A DNA stretch of 64,000 nucleotides, taken from contig JBFWVL010000001.1 in NCBI GenBank assembly GCA_050246755.1, positions 1,664,001 through 1,728,000 of the forward strand, given 5' to 3'. Position 1 is the first letter of the stretch; each line of letters opens with the position of its first letter. The translations under genes and the position numbers were made by a program. This document shows, in pieces, positions 37,081-46,971 of the stretch. Origin of the DNA: Bacteriovoracia bacterium (lineage in GTDB: Bacteria > Bdellovibrionota > UBA1018 > CAIPTA01). Below the pieces are notes generated by a model that was not told where the DNA came from, searched no databases, and saw nothing but the letters and a program-made list of their open reading frames with translations.

Positions 37081-37108
37081 TTATCGGTATAAGCCCAAAG
37101 GAAAGTAA
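37081..37108 (-). promoter_or_regulatory. sigma28-type promoter
   Basis: TTAC-N16-ACCGATAA, 6 nt before ATG 37074. Confidence 0.6.
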
Positions 37109-37154
37109 GGGGCTAGGGCGAAGCCCGGTAGGAGGTAAGGCGGAATGGCGCGAT

Positions 37155-38006
37155 CTATTTCGAAGCCGGAGCTTTTCCTTTTTTTGCGGGAGAAGGCGCG
37201 GGAGCGGCTTGTTTGGCGTCGTCGCTGGATTTCACCGCTTGGCGCACGAAGAATTTCAGCACGTTATTGCGGTTGGCGCCGCCGATGAGGTTTTTCAGGT
37301 CTTCATAGAGGGTAGCGTCGCTGAAGAGGGCGCCCACGGTGCCTTCGCCGTTCTTCACGCGTTCGGAAACTACGCGTAGATTCTTCATCGTCTGGCCGAG
37401 CTCGCCCATGGCATTGCTGGATTTCATCTGCTTGGTGATCTCTTTCATGTTGGTCGAGGTTTCCCCTAGATCCTTCATGATATTTTCCATATGGTTTCCC
37501 TTAGCGAGCGCCGAGGTGAGCACTTTTAAATTCGCGAGGTTTTCTTTGAGGAGTTGAACGGCGTTCGATCCGTCGGAGAGCATGGCGTTGAGATCCTTGC
37601 CGGCTTCCGAGGCGATCACGGCGCCGTCGTTCAGTACAGCTTTGTCCGCCGAGCCGCCGGTGATTTCTAGAAATTTATCGCCGAGCACGCCTTGGGTCTG
37701 GAAACGCACCACGCTGTCTTCGCGCACGCGGTTTTGGTAGCTCTTGTCGATCAAAATAGTAACGCGCACGTTTTCGTAGTTTTCGGAGAAGGTGATGTCG
37801 CCCACGCGGCCGATTTTCAGGCCGCCGGAACGCACGAAAGCACCCTTGGCGAGGCCGCCGGCATCGGAGATGTCCATGAAGAGCTTGTATTGTTTTTCGA
37901 AGAGGCTCTTGGTGCCGCCCATAAAAAGAATGGTGAGCATTACCACCATGAGGCTGAGGAAGAGGAAGATTCCCGCTTTGATTTCGATGTCGAGTTTCCG
38001 TCGCAT
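37155..38006 (-). CDS. mlaD: MCE/MlaD-family protein
   Basis: N-terminal TM, GGLAKGAFVRSGGLKIGRV, QGVLGDKFLEI, GEGTVGAL helical tail. Confidence 0.9.
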   Translation of the reverse strand: MRRKLDIEIKAGIFLFLSLMVVMLTILFMGGTKSLFEKQYKLFMDISDAGGLAKGAFVRSGGLKIGRVGDITFSENYENVRVTILIDKSYQNRVREDSVVRFQTQGVLGDKFLEITGGSADKAVLNDGAVIASEAGKDLNAMLSDGSNAVQLLKENLANLKVLTSALAKGNHMENIMKDLGETSTNMKEITKQMKSSNAMGELGQTMKNLRVVSERVKNGEGTVGALFSDATLYEDLKNLIGGANRNNVLKFFVRQAVKSSDDAKQAAPAPSPAKKGKAPASK

Positions 38007-38035
38007 TTGCAAAAGCCTCGTTCCGTGTACGAATT

Positions 38036-38782
38036 CTAGTGAACAGATCCTTCGATAAATGCCTTAACGACGGGATCAGTACTTTTCTTAATGTTTTCGA
38101 CGGAATCAATCACGTGAATTTTCTTATTGTAGAGAACCGCTATCCGGTCAGAAACCTCTAGGGCAGCAGGAATATCATGGGTCACGAAGATCGCACTCGT
38201 TCCCATCTGCCGCAGCTTATCCATAATCTCTATTAGATTCTTGGTGTTCTGCGGATCGAGGCCGGCGGTGGGCTCGTCGTAGAGGATGATTTCGGGCTCG
38301 AGGATGATCGCGCGGGCTAGCCCTACACGCTTTTGCATTCCTCCCGAGAGGCTAGCCGGGAGCAGGTTTTCACTGCCCGCCATGCCGATGAGGGAGAGCA
38401 TCTTGGCGATTTTAGCCTGGATCTCTTGGTCGCTGAGGTTGGTGTGCTCGATCAGGGGATACGCGAGGTTCTCCATCACGCTCATCGAGTCGAAGAGGGC
38501 GCCGTTCTGAAAAACGTAGGCAATTTTTTTTCGCACCGGCGTGAGCTTATTCTCCGGCAGCCTGGCGATATCCTGGCCCTGAAACAAAATTTCGCCGCCG
38601 TCGGGTTTCTCGAGGCCGATGATCGAGCGCAAGGCCACGCTTTTGCCCGTGCCCGATCCGCCGAAGAGCGAGAGAATCTCGCCTTTGCGCAGCTGTATAT
38701 CGATCCCATCGTGTACGGTTTTTTCGCGGAAGCGTTTCTTCAATCCTTTAAGCTCGAGAACGATTTGTTCGGATGTGCTCAC
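38036..38782 (-). CDS. mlaF: MlaF-type ABC ATPase
   Basis: GGSGTGKS, FQNGALFDS, LSGGMQKRV, YDEPTAGLDP. Confidence 0.93.
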   Translation of the reverse strand: MSTSEQIVLELKGLKKRFREKTVHDGIDIQLRKGEILSLFGGSGTGKSVALRSIIGLEKPDGGEILFQGQDIARLPENKLTPVRKKIAYVFQNGALFDSMSVMENLAYPLIEHTNLSDQEIQAKIAKMLSLIGMAGSENLLPASLSGGMQKRVGLARAIILEPEIILYDEPTAGLDPQNTKNLIEIMDKLRQMGTSAIFVTHDIPAALEVSDRIAVLYNKKIHVIDSVENIKKSTDPVVKAFIEGSVH

Positions 38783-38789
38783 GATCGCC

Positions 38790-39566
38790 TCATTTGCCTA
38801 GGGTGATGAAAAATTTAGTGAGAAAGAAATCCCCGATCATGATCGAGATGCTCGAGGCTACCACCACCCAGGTGGTGGCATTGCCCACGCCCCGGGTGCC
38901 GCCTTCGGTATTCAGGCCGCGGTAGCAGCCGATAATGGAAATACAGAATCCGAAGAACAGCGTTTTAGCGGTGCCGCTGAGGTAATCGTTGAATACCAGG
39001 CTTTCGTAGACTTTCTCGAAGAAGAACTGAGGATTAAGGCCGAGCGTGGTTCCCACGAGCATCCCCGAAAAAAGCCCCATCATATCGGCAAACAGCGTGA
39101 GGAGAGGCAGGCAGATCAGCATGGCGAGCACGCGGGGGATCACGATGCGCTTAATCGGGCTGGTGCCGAGGGCGCGGATCGCATCGATCTGCTGGGTCAC
39201 CTTCATGGAGCCGATTTCGGCGGCCATCCCGGAGCCCATGCGTCCCGCCACCATGAGGCTCGTGAATACCGGCCCCATCTCGCGGATGATGGAGAGGCCC
39301 ACCACTTTCGGGATATAGAGTTTTCCGCCGAAGCGCTCGAGGCCGTAGCCGAACTGGAGTGTCATCACGGCCCCGCTGGTAATTCCCGTGATGGCCACGA
39401 GCAGGAGCGACTGCATGCCGATCACCACGATTTGTTCCGCGGTAAGCCCGAAATAGTAGGGAGGAGTGAAGAGCTCCTTAAACGTTTGCTTGATGAGAAA
39501 AAGAATTCCGCCCAGGGTAGAGAAGAAATCCAGGGCCGCGTCGCCGATTTTCCGGAAAAATTCCAT
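38790..39566 (-). CDS. mlaE: MlaE-type permease
   Basis: IREMGPV...AGRMGSGMAAEIGSMKVTQQIDA, PRV, GVGNATT. Confidence 0.93.
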   Translation of the reverse strand: MEFFRKIGDAALDFFSTLGGILFLIKQTFKELFTPPYYFGLTAEQIVVIGMQSLLLVAITGITSGAVMTLQFGYGLERFGGKLYIPKVVGLSIIREMGPVFTSLMVAGRMGSGMAAEIGSMKVTQQIDAIRALGTSPIKRIVIPRVLAMLICLPLLTLFADMMGLFSGMLVGTTLGLNPQFFFEKVYESLVFNDYLSGTAKTLFFGFCISIIGCYRGLNTEGGTRGVGNATTWVVVASSISIMIGDFFLTKFFITLGK

Positions 39567-39569
39567 CGC

Positions 39570-40094
39570 TCACTCCGTTTTGAAAGAGGCGAGGAAGGTA
39601 TCGAAGGCAGGGCCATTCTTTTCTTCCCGTTTCGGAACCGTAACGTAGATGAAATCGTAGGTGCAGGAATTCTTGATGAGTACCACGGTCCGGATATTGA
39701 GGGGCACATTGTCTACCAGGCCGCTGAAAGTGGTATCGAGGGCTGGCGCACCCGCTAGGGAAATTTCTTCGCGCTTCATTACCTCGCGGTTGCTAATTCC
39801 GCGCACAAGATTATTCGTGAGAATCTCGAGAGAGGATGGAGAATATTTCCGGCAGATACTATTGAGAGAAATAATCGCGCCCGAATCGGGGTTCTCGTAG
39901 GCCACGTCGGCTTTCATGGCATCGGTGGAGCTGGGATCGTCGGCGGTGGCTAGTTTGTGCCAGGGTGAGGGCGGCGGCGTAACGGTATAATCCCGGCTCT
40001 TCGGCGCAGTCCTGTCGGGGAAGAGCAGGGCGCAGGAAGAGAGCAGGAAAAAGATTCCCATCCATGGGAGCTTAACCACCATCCATGATCGCAT
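39570..40094 (-). CDS. lipoprotein, first gene of the mla operon
   Basis: lipobox LSSC; PsbP/DcrB-like beta pattern (C.YDFIYV). Confidence 0.7.
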   Translation of the reverse strand: MRSWMVVKLPWMGIFFLLSSCALLFPDRTAPKSRDYTVTPPPSPWHKLATADDPSSTDAMKADVAYENPDSGAIISLNSICRKYSPSSLEILTNNLVRGISNREVMKREEISLAGAPALDTTFSGLVDNVPLNIRTVVLIKNSCTYDFIYVTVPKREEKNGPAFDTFLASFKTE

Positions 40095-40241
40095 AGGGAT
40101 ATCTTCTGGGATTGAAACAGCTAAGTCAATTGAGGGAAGCGCAGTTGGGGAGATCAGTTGGCGCTTATCGGTTCGGGGATCGGTTGGATATCCAAGCCGA
40201 AAAATGACACGGGCTCTACAAACGGAAGCGTTTATCGCGGC

Positions 40242-40255
40242 GTCACGGTTTTGAC
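40242..40255. promoter_or_regulatory. putative enhancer (GTCA-N6-TGAC)
   Basis: GTCACGGTTTTGAC about 85 bp upstream of the sigma54 promoter. Confidence 0.45.
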
Positions 40256-40336
40256 TCTCCGCTTTGTGCCCGTCATTATTCCTGGGAGGCGGGGGCCTAG
40301 CCGAGGCTGAAACTAGCCTAGAAGGCCCGATAGGCG

Positions 40337-40352
40337 TGGCATATTAGTTGCG
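40337..40352 (+). promoter_or_regulatory. sigma54 promoter of the flagellar cluster
   Basis: TGGCATATTAGTTGCG. Confidence 0.8.
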
Positions 40353-40375
40353 ATTACGTTGTGGGGGTTTGTAGG

Positions 40376-42997
40376 ATGCGAACCGAGTTTACCTGGTGGC
40401 TTGCCATTTTTCTTTGCTTCTCGTTTGCGGCGATCGCTTCGGCGGCCGATGCTCCGCTATTTCAAACCTTAGATCAATATACACGAATTCAGATCCCCGT
40501 AACCACCGGCTCTTCCTTCCGTTTGCTCAACGGCAATCCGGCCGAGACCAAGCTGATCGTGGATCGCCTGCGGCCGGAGGCGCTGAGTGCCGTCACCAGC
40601 TGGAGCGACAAGCGCGTGAAATCGGTGCAAGTTTCTGCCACCGGCCTCGATAAGGCCGAGCTCACGATCCGCTTTCAGGAAAATGACACCGAAGCTTTCG
40701 CGTATATGCAGGGCCCGAACTTGGTGCTCGATTTATGGCGCCAGGAGGGAACTCCCGCAAAACCCATTGCCGCGGCTCCGGTTCCGCAAAAAACTGTGGC
40801 TACCAAGCTTCCTTCGCAGGTGAAAAAGCCGGGCGGCGCCCACCGCGCGATCGCGAGTGTGGAAAAAGCGGAAAAGAAGAAAGCCGCTGCGAAAATTTCC
40901 ACCGTGCCTCCGCTCGAGAGCGGAAAAGATCTTTTCCAGAAATTTATTTTGCCCATGCCCGAGCTAAAAATTACCGCCAAAGACGGCGGCATCGATTTGC
41001 CGCCGGCGGTTAGTCCGGAGCAAAAGTGGAAGTTCTCCGAGGGCGATAAAACCACCGAGGAAGGCCGGGCCTTCGAGCTGGCCAAGCAGCTTTTCGCGCG
41101 TGGAAAATTCGGTCTCACGGTGAAAACGATCGAGATCGCCCTGCGCGACTTTCCGGAATCCGAGCACGTAGACGAGCTTCGCCTCCTCCAGGCCTTCTGC
41201 TACCGCCGCCTCGCGGAAACCACCGGCACTCCCTCCTTGGCTGACAAGGCGGAGACGATGTTTCTCGAAATGGCCTCCCAGCGCGACGGCGACGGGAACC
41301 CGCTGGCGTTCCAGCGCATTTTGCAGTTTTATTTTGGACAGAAGGAATTCGCCAAAGAGAATTGGCTGCAAGCGATCCAGCACTTCGAGGCGGTGGCGGC
41401 GGCCACCCCGGAAAAAGACGTGGACTTTCCCTACGTGCAGATCATTCTCGCCGAATGCTACACGAAGGTGGATCAAGCGCGCCGTGCGGAGCGTATCTAC
41501 CGCTACCTTGCCGAGCACTATCCGAGCCATGTTCTTGGCAAAGAGGGCCGTTACCGCATCGCCAATCTGCTGGGCCTCGAAAAAAACTACGGCCGTGTGA
41601 TCGAAGAGGGCGAAAAGGCGCTGCGCGAACAGCCCGCCTACGAGAAGCAGCGCCTAGAAGTTTTATTCCAGATCGGCGAAGCAAGTTTTGCTCTCGGTCA
41701 GTACGCGCGCGCGGAAAAGTACTTCAAACGCTTCACCGAGCTGAATTCTGCCGCCACCACTGCCGGCCTGGCCTGGGTACGCTTGGGTGAGATCGCAGAA
41801 ATCGCGCGCAAGGATGTAATGGAAGCCCGCAAATATTATATGCGCGCCAAGAACGGATATCCTTTTTCGCAGGCCGATCTAGTGGCCACGGTGCGCCTGG
41901 CGCGCATCGATTTGCCCAATGAGCCCGATCCCGCCTATATGGTGAAAGTTCTTTCGGATCTCTTGCCGAGCAAATTCCTGGATTCGGATTTGCGTAATAT
42001 GACGAAAATTGCGCTCGGCCAGTACCTTTTGGCCACCGGCCAGCTCGACGAAGCTATTTCCCTCGCGCAAAACGGCATGGCGCAAACCGAAGGCCCGGCC
42101 TACGAGGGCTTCAAGACCGCTTATATGCGGGCGCTCGTAGCAAAGATGAATTTTCTCAACTCCAAGAATCGCTTCGCCGAGGCACTGAGCCTCTTTAACC
42201 GCGAGCGAAAATGGTTCGATCTCCACGGCGCGGAGAGCTATCGCGTGGCCGCCGAAACATTTCGCGGGCTCGGTCTCTACGCCACGAGTAACGAAATGAT
42301 GGAAAAATTCCGCCTCGAATCCGCCAAGGGGCGAGGCCTAGCTTCCCTGGCGAGCGATCCATCCCTGCAGGCCGCCAAGGCGAAGAATAGTTTCGCGCGC
42401 GGGGCCTACTCCGAAGCGATCGCCCTCGTCTACGGTAAAAGCGATGCCGAGAGCCTCGTGATTAGAGCTCTTTCCGACTATCGGCTTGGCCATAAAAAAG
42501 AAGCCTTCGCCGCGGCGGAAAAAGCCTTCACCCAGATCAAGGTGGAGAACGCGAAGGTGAGCGACGCGAATATCCTGAGCCTGAATGAGATCGTTGTAGA
42601 CCGCGATCAGACCGACCGAGATTTCCGGCGCATGGAGCAGGACATAGATCGCAGCGCCGCGCTGATGGAAAAGGAAAGCGAAGAGTTGGCCTACGCCAAG
42701 GCCGACGCTCTCTGGTACCAGAAGCGCCACGCGCAAGCGCAGGCGGCGTATGCGGCGGCGATCGAAAAATTTCCCAAGAGCGCCCGCGTGGATCGCGCCA
42801 AGTACAATCTCGGCATGAGCTTCGTGAGTGTCGGGAAGCGCCAGGAGGCCGTCAAGGTGTTGACGGAGGTGCGCGATTCGAGTCAAACCGTATGGGCGGA
42901 ATCCGCGAAACAGGAATTACAGCTTATCGAGTGGGAGTCGAAATACTCTTCTATATTAAGGACCTTACCACCGAGCGGGCTCGGTATTCCCAATTGA
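40376..42997 (+). CDS. exported tetratricopeptide-repeat protein preceding flgB
   Basis: signal peptide; many TPR helices (LAECY, FQIGEASF...Y, KFPKS...AKYNLG). Confidence 0.85.
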   Translation: MRTEFTWWLAIFLCFSFAAIASAADAPLFQTLDQYTRIQIPVTTGSSFRLLNGNPAETKLIVDRLRPEALSAVTSWSDKRVKSVQVSATGLDKAELTIRFQENDTEAFAYMQGPNLVLDLWRQEGTPAKPIAAAPVPQKTVATKLPSQVKKPGGAHRAIASVEKAEKKKAAAKISTVPPLESGKDLFQKFILPMPELKITAKDGGIDLPPAVSPEQKWKFSEGDKTTEEGRAFELAKQLFARGKFGLTVKTIEIALRDFPESEHVDELRLLQAFCYRRLAETTGTPSLADKAETMFLEMASQRDGDGNPLAFQRILQFYFGQKEFAKENWLQAIQHFEAVAAATPEKDVDFPYVQIILAECYTKVDQARRAERIYRYLAEHYPSHVLGKEGRYRIANLLGLEKNYGRVIEEGEKALREQPAYEKQRLEVLFQIGEASFALGQYARAEKYFKRFTELNSAATTAGLAWVRLGEIAEIARKDVMEARKYYMRAKNGYPFSQADLVATVRLARIDLPNEPDPAYMVKVLSDLLPSKFLDSDLRNMTKIALGQYLLATGQLDEAISLAQNGMAQTEGPAYEGFKTAYMRALVAKMNFLNSKNRFAEALSLFNRERKWFDLHGAESYRVAAETFRGLGLYATSNEMMEKFRLESAKGRGLASLASDPSLQAAKAKNSFARGAYSEAIALVYGKSDAESLVIRALSDYRLGHKKEAFAAAEKAFTQIKVENAKVSDANILSLNEIVVDRDQTDRDFRRMEQDIDRSAALMEKESEELAYAKADALWYQKRHAQAQAAYAAAIEKFPKSARVDRAKYNLGMSFVSVGKRQEAVKVLTEVRDSSQTVWAESAKQELQLIEWESKYSSILRTLPPSGLGIPN

Positions 42998-43004
42998 CGA
43001 GGGC

Positions 43005-43020
43005 TGGCATACGCCTTGCT
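43005..43020 (+). promoter_or_regulatory. sigma54 promoter of flgB
   Basis: TGGCATACGCCTTGCT. Confidence 0.8.
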
Positions 43021-43062
43021 CTTGGTTAGGCAGTAACGTTCCACTCGGCCAAGGAGGGCTAG

Positions 43063-43476
43063 GTGAGCATTAAACTGTTCGACAATACTTTTGAAGCACT
43101 CGCCAAGTCGCTCGACTTGCGATCGGAGCGCCAGGTTGTCATTTCTTCCAACGTGGCCAATGCCAATACTCCCGGATACCAGGCCAAAGAGCTGGATTTT
43201 GAGGGAGCTCTTTCGCGTGCGCTCACGCTCGACGGTAAACCGATGGATCGCACCAACGAGATGCACATGACCTCGGGTGGCGAAGTGGGAGATGTCCGCG
43301 GAGAAATTTACAACCAAGTGAATAATGTGATCCGCGAAGACGGAAATACCGTGGACCGCGATGCTGAGCTCACCGCCATGGCGGAAAACCATTTGCTCTA
43401 CAACGCGGCGGCCGATCTGGTGAAGAAAAAACTCGCCATGCTGAAGTACGCCATTACCGACGGAGGTAGCCATTAA
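43063..43476 (+). CDS. flgB: flagellar basal-body rod protein FlgB
   Basis: SNVANANTPGY, DGNTVDRD. Confidence 0.96.
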   Translation: MSIKLFDNTFEALAKSLDLRSERQVVISSNVANANTPGYQAKELDFEGALSRALTLDGKPMDRTNEMHMTSGGEVGDVRGEIYNQVNNVIREDGNTVDRDAELTAMAENHLLYNAAADLVKKKLAMLKYAITDGGSH

Positions 43477-43895
43477 TGGATTTGCTTTCTTCGATGCGCA
43501 TTAGCGCCACCGGCCTCGCCGCTGAAACTACGCGGATGAACACGATCTCTTCCAATATCGCCAACGCCGAAACGGCCGGCTATAAGCGCAAGGATCCTAT
43601 TTTTCAGGCCGAAGCCGATCGCGAAAGCTTTGGGGAGATCTTGAAAGACCGGATGGACGAAAACGCCCAGGGTGTGCTGGTTTCCGATATTGCCGAAGAT
43701 ACCCGCCCGGCCAAACTTGTGTACCGGCCCCACGACCACCACGCGAACGCGGAAGGCTACGTGGAGATGCCGAACGTGAGCGTAGTGGAAGAAACCGCCA
43801 ATATGGTGGCCGCCTCCCGGGCCTACGAAGCAAACATCGCGGCCATCAATACCGCCAAATCCATGGCGCTCAAAGCGCTGGATATCGGAAAGTAA
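43476..43895 (+). CDS. flgC: flagellar basal-body rod protein FlgC
   Basis: SNIANAET, GYVEMPNV, ASRAYEAN. Confidence 0.96.
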   Translation: MDLLSSMRISATGLAAETTRMNTISSNIANAETAGYKRKDPIFQAEADRESFGEILKDRMDENAQGVLVSDIAEDTRPAKLVYRPHDHHANAEGYVEMPNVSVVEETANMVAASRAYEANIAAINTAKSMALKALDIGK

Positions 43896-43903
43896 GGTAG
43901 AGC

Positions 43904-44248
43904 ATGTCGATCGAATTTAGCAAAATGAGCGGAGTGGGTGGGGGTTTCGATTCCGCCCGCCTGCGCGAGTCCCGCGAGAACCTGCTGGAAGGTACGAAAG
44001 AAGTTGGCCCCACCGGAGAAACAGGCGGAGCAAGTTTCGGAGATTTCCTGCAAAATATGGTTAAGGAAGCAAATTCGTCGCAGGTATTGGCCGACCAAAA
44101 ATTGAACGAAGTAGCGGCGGGAAGAAATAAAGACCTCCACGGAGCAGTGATGCAAATGGAGAAGGCCGACGTAAATTTTAGATTGCTCACGCAGGTGAGA
44201 AACAAGGTGATCGAGGCGTACCGCGAGATCATGCGCATGCAAGTTTGA
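43904..44248 (+). CDS. fliE: hook-basal body protein FliE
   Basis: QVRNKVIEAYREIMRMQV. Confidence 0.96.
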   Translation: MSIEFSKMSGVGGGFDSARLRESRENLLEGTKEVGPTGETGGASFGDFLQNMVKEANSSQVLADQKLNEVAAGRNKDLHGAVMQMEKADVNFRLLTQVRNKVIEAYREIMRMQV

Positions 44249-44260
44249 GTGGAGGGGTAA

Positions 44261-45928
44261 GTGTTCGAATTTTTCACTAAAAGCGCTTCTACGATGTGGG
44301 CTTTCTTCCAGGGGCTTTCCTCTGGCCGCAAAACCGCGTTCGTACTGCTGGTGATAGGCCTCGTGGCGGGCATGGGCACGCTATTCTACTGGGCCAGCCG
44401 CACTAGCTATGCCACCCTCATGACGAACCTCGCTCCCGAGGATTCCACCGCCATCATCCGCTACCTCCGTGATAAGCGAATTCCTTTCATCGTGGACGAA
44501 TCCGGTCGCAATATTTCCGTGCCGCCCGAAAAAGTCTACGATCTTCGCCTCGAGCTCGCGAGCACTGGCCTCGCGCAAACCGGCGTGGTGGGCTACGAGG
44601 TTTTCGACAAACAAAGCTTCGGTGCCACGAGCACGGTGCAGAGAATTAACGAGCAGCGTGCCCTCGAGGGCGAGCTCATCCGCACGATCAATCATATTCG
44701 CGGCGTGGAGCGCTCGCGCGTGCACTTGGCGATTCCCGTGAAGAGCGCCTTTCTAGAGAGCGAGCAGAAGCCCACCGCCTCGGTGATCCTGGATCTCGAT
44801 CCCTCCTTCAATCCCAGCGAAGACCAGGTGAAGGGCATGCAGCGCCTCGTGGCCTCGGCCGTGAAGGGCATGGATATCAATGCCGTAACGATTATTTCCA
44901 ATAGCGGAAAGCCGCTCTCGAACAATACCGAAGACCCAGCCGCCGCGTTCGCCGCCGCTTCGCTCGATTACCAGCGCAAGTTCGAGCAGAAACTGGAAGC
45001 GAAAGTGCAAGGCTTGCTTGCCACCGTGGTGGGCGAAGGCAAGGTGGTGGCGAAGATCAACGCCGACTTCGACTTTAGCCGCGAAGCTTCTACACAGACT
45101 CTCTTCGATGGCGAGAATACCGCCATCCGTTCCACCAATCGCGATGTGGACACGATGCAGGGCTCGCGGCCGCTTCCTTCCGGGCAGCCCGGCGTGAAGT
45201 CAAGCATCCCTGGCGCCGAGAATCAGCCGGCTAATAACCCGGTGGCTTCGAACTCCACGAACCGCAACCAAGAAGTGGTGAACTACGAAGTTCCCAAGAC
45301 CGTGAAGAGCACCGAGAAGCCGATGGCTACTCTGAAGCGCCTCTCGGTGGCGGTGATGGTGGACGAATCCTCCTCCAAGGACGCGAACGGAGTGGTAACG
45401 CACCAGCCGATCTCGAAAGAGAAGCTCGCCGAGTTCCAGTCGATCGTGGCCAACGCCGTGGGCTGGGATAAAGACCGCGATCCGCAGATCGAAGTGAAGA
45501 GCCTCGCTTTCTTCCGCGAAGATCTCGACGCCGCCAACCAAGCGGCCATTTCCGCCGAGCGCAGCAAGCTCTTTGGCCAGCTCGCCCAGTGGAGCGCGAT
45601 CGGCTTGATCTTCACGCTCTTCTTCCTCTTCGTGGTTCGCCCCTTCATTAAATGGGTTACCGAGAACACCGTGGACAGCGTGGAAGATTTCTTGCCGCAG
45701 ACTCTCGAAGAGCTCGAGAAGGTGCAGAGCCGCCAGGTGGCTCAGTCGCTCGAGGATATTCTCCCGGAAATCGAGGAGAAGGTGGATCCCGAGAAGGTAC
45801 AGAGCGAGATGCTCAAAGAGAAAGTTGTGGCCCTCGTTACCGACAATCCGCATAAGGCTTCCCAGATCCTGCACGAATGGATCATGGAAAAGCCGGAAGA
45901 CGGCAAGAAGGATGAGAAGAGCGCCTAG
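44261..45928 (+). CDS. fliF: MS-ring protein FliF
   Basis: GYEVFD, RALEGEL.RTI, SRVHLA, PTASV, RLSVAV; two TMs. Confidence 0.96.
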   Translation: MFEFFTKSASTMWAFFQGLSSGRKTAFVLLVIGLVAGMGTLFYWASRTSYATLMTNLAPEDSTAIIRYLRDKRIPFIVDESGRNISVPPEKVYDLRLELASTGLAQTGVVGYEVFDKQSFGATSTVQRINEQRALEGELIRTINHIRGVERSRVHLAIPVKSAFLESEQKPTASVILDLDPSFNPSEDQVKGMQRLVASAVKGMDINAVTIISNSGKPLSNNTEDPAAAFAAASLDYQRKFEQKLEAKVQGLLATVVGEGKVVAKINADFDFSREASTQTLFDGENTAIRSTNRDVDTMQGSRPLPSGQPGVKSSIPGAENQPANNPVASNSTNRNQEVVNYEVPKTVKSTEKPMATLKRLSVAVMVDESSSKDANGVVTHQPISKEKLAEFQSIVANAVGWDKDRDPQIEVKSLAFFREDLDAANQAAISAERSKLFGQLAQWSAIGLIFTLFFLFVVRPFIKWVTENTVDSVEDFLPQTLEELEKVQSRQVAQSLEDILPEIEEKVDPEKVQSEMLKEKVVALVTDNPHKASQILHEWIMEKPEDGKKDEKSA

Positions 45929-45954
45929 TTTTGAGTTTTTCGGAGGTTTGATCC

Positions 45955-46971
45955 ATGGCCGCGTTTCCGATTGAATATGATGAGCTGACCGGGCTGCAAA
46001 AAGCATCCTTGCTGATGAACGTTTTGGGCCCCAGCTGCTCGAAGAAAATTTTCGGCCAGCTCAAGGATAACGACATCAAGCGTTTGCTCGGCACCATGTC
46101 TTCCGTAGAGAAAGCCCCCGTAACGATGGTAAAGCGCGTACTCGAAGATTTTTTCTTTGAGCTCAGCGAGGAAGAATCCCTTATCTTCGGCACTTCGAAA
46201 GGCAAAAATTTCATTCTCGAAACGCTCGGCGAAGAGCGCGCGAAAAATATCTTGGGCAACGTGGGCCTCCACGACGGCGCGAAAACCCTCGAGGCCCTCG
46301 AGCTCGTGGATACCCGCACTCTCGCCAATTTCCTCGTGAACGAGCACCCGCAAACGATCGCCTTGATCGTGGCGCATCTCGATCCGCTCAAGAAGAGCGA
46401 TACCATCAAGCGCTTGCCCGACGCGCTTCAGGCCGAAGTGGTTATGCGCTTGGCGAATATCGATTTCATTTCTCCCGAGCTTCTGGCCCAGCTCGACGAC
46501 GTGCTCAAGATGGAACTCGCCAATGTGGGCACCATCGACTCCACCTCGCTCGGCGGCGTGGAACCAGTGGCCGAAATGCTCAACACGATGGACAAGACCA
46601 CCGAGACCAATATCATGGCCCGCGTGGAAGAGAAGGATCCCGAGCTCGCCGAAGAGATCAAAAAGCTCATGTTCGTGTTCGAGGATCTCGTTATGCTCGA
46701 CGATCGCGGCATGCAGGCTTTACTCAAGGAAGTTCCGAACGACAAGCTCATCATCGCGCTCAAGACGGCTCCCGAAGAGATCAAGCAAAAGATCTTCAAG
46801 AACATGTCTTCCCGCGCTTCCCAGCTTCTCCAGGAAGACTTGGCGAACATGGGCCCGCAAAAGCTCTCCGACGTGGAAGCGGCCCAGAGCGAAGTGGTCA
46901 ATATCGCGAAGCGGCTTGAGACCGAAGGCAAGATCCAGATTAACCGCGGCGGCGCGGATACCTTCGTATGA
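45955..46971 (+). CDS. fliG: motor switch protein FliG
   Basis: EHPQTIAL, GGVEPVAEML, MFVFEDL, NMSSRA. Confidence 0.97.
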   Translation: MAAFPIEYDELTGLQKASLLMNVLGPSCSKKIFGQLKDNDIKRLLGTMSSVEKAPVTMVKRVLEDFFFELSEEESLIFGTSKGKNFILETLGEERAKNILGNVGLHDGAKTLEALELVDTRTLANFLVNEHPQTIALIVAHLDPLKKSDTIKRLPDALQAEVVMRLANIDFISPELLAQLDDVLKMELANVGTIDSTSLGGVEPVAEMLNTMDKTTETNIMARVEEKDPELAEEIKKLMFVFEDLVMLDDRGMQALLKEVPNDKLIIALKTAPEEIKQKIFKNMSSRASQLLQEDLANMGPQKLSDVEAAQSEVVNIAKRLETEGKIQINRGGADTFV

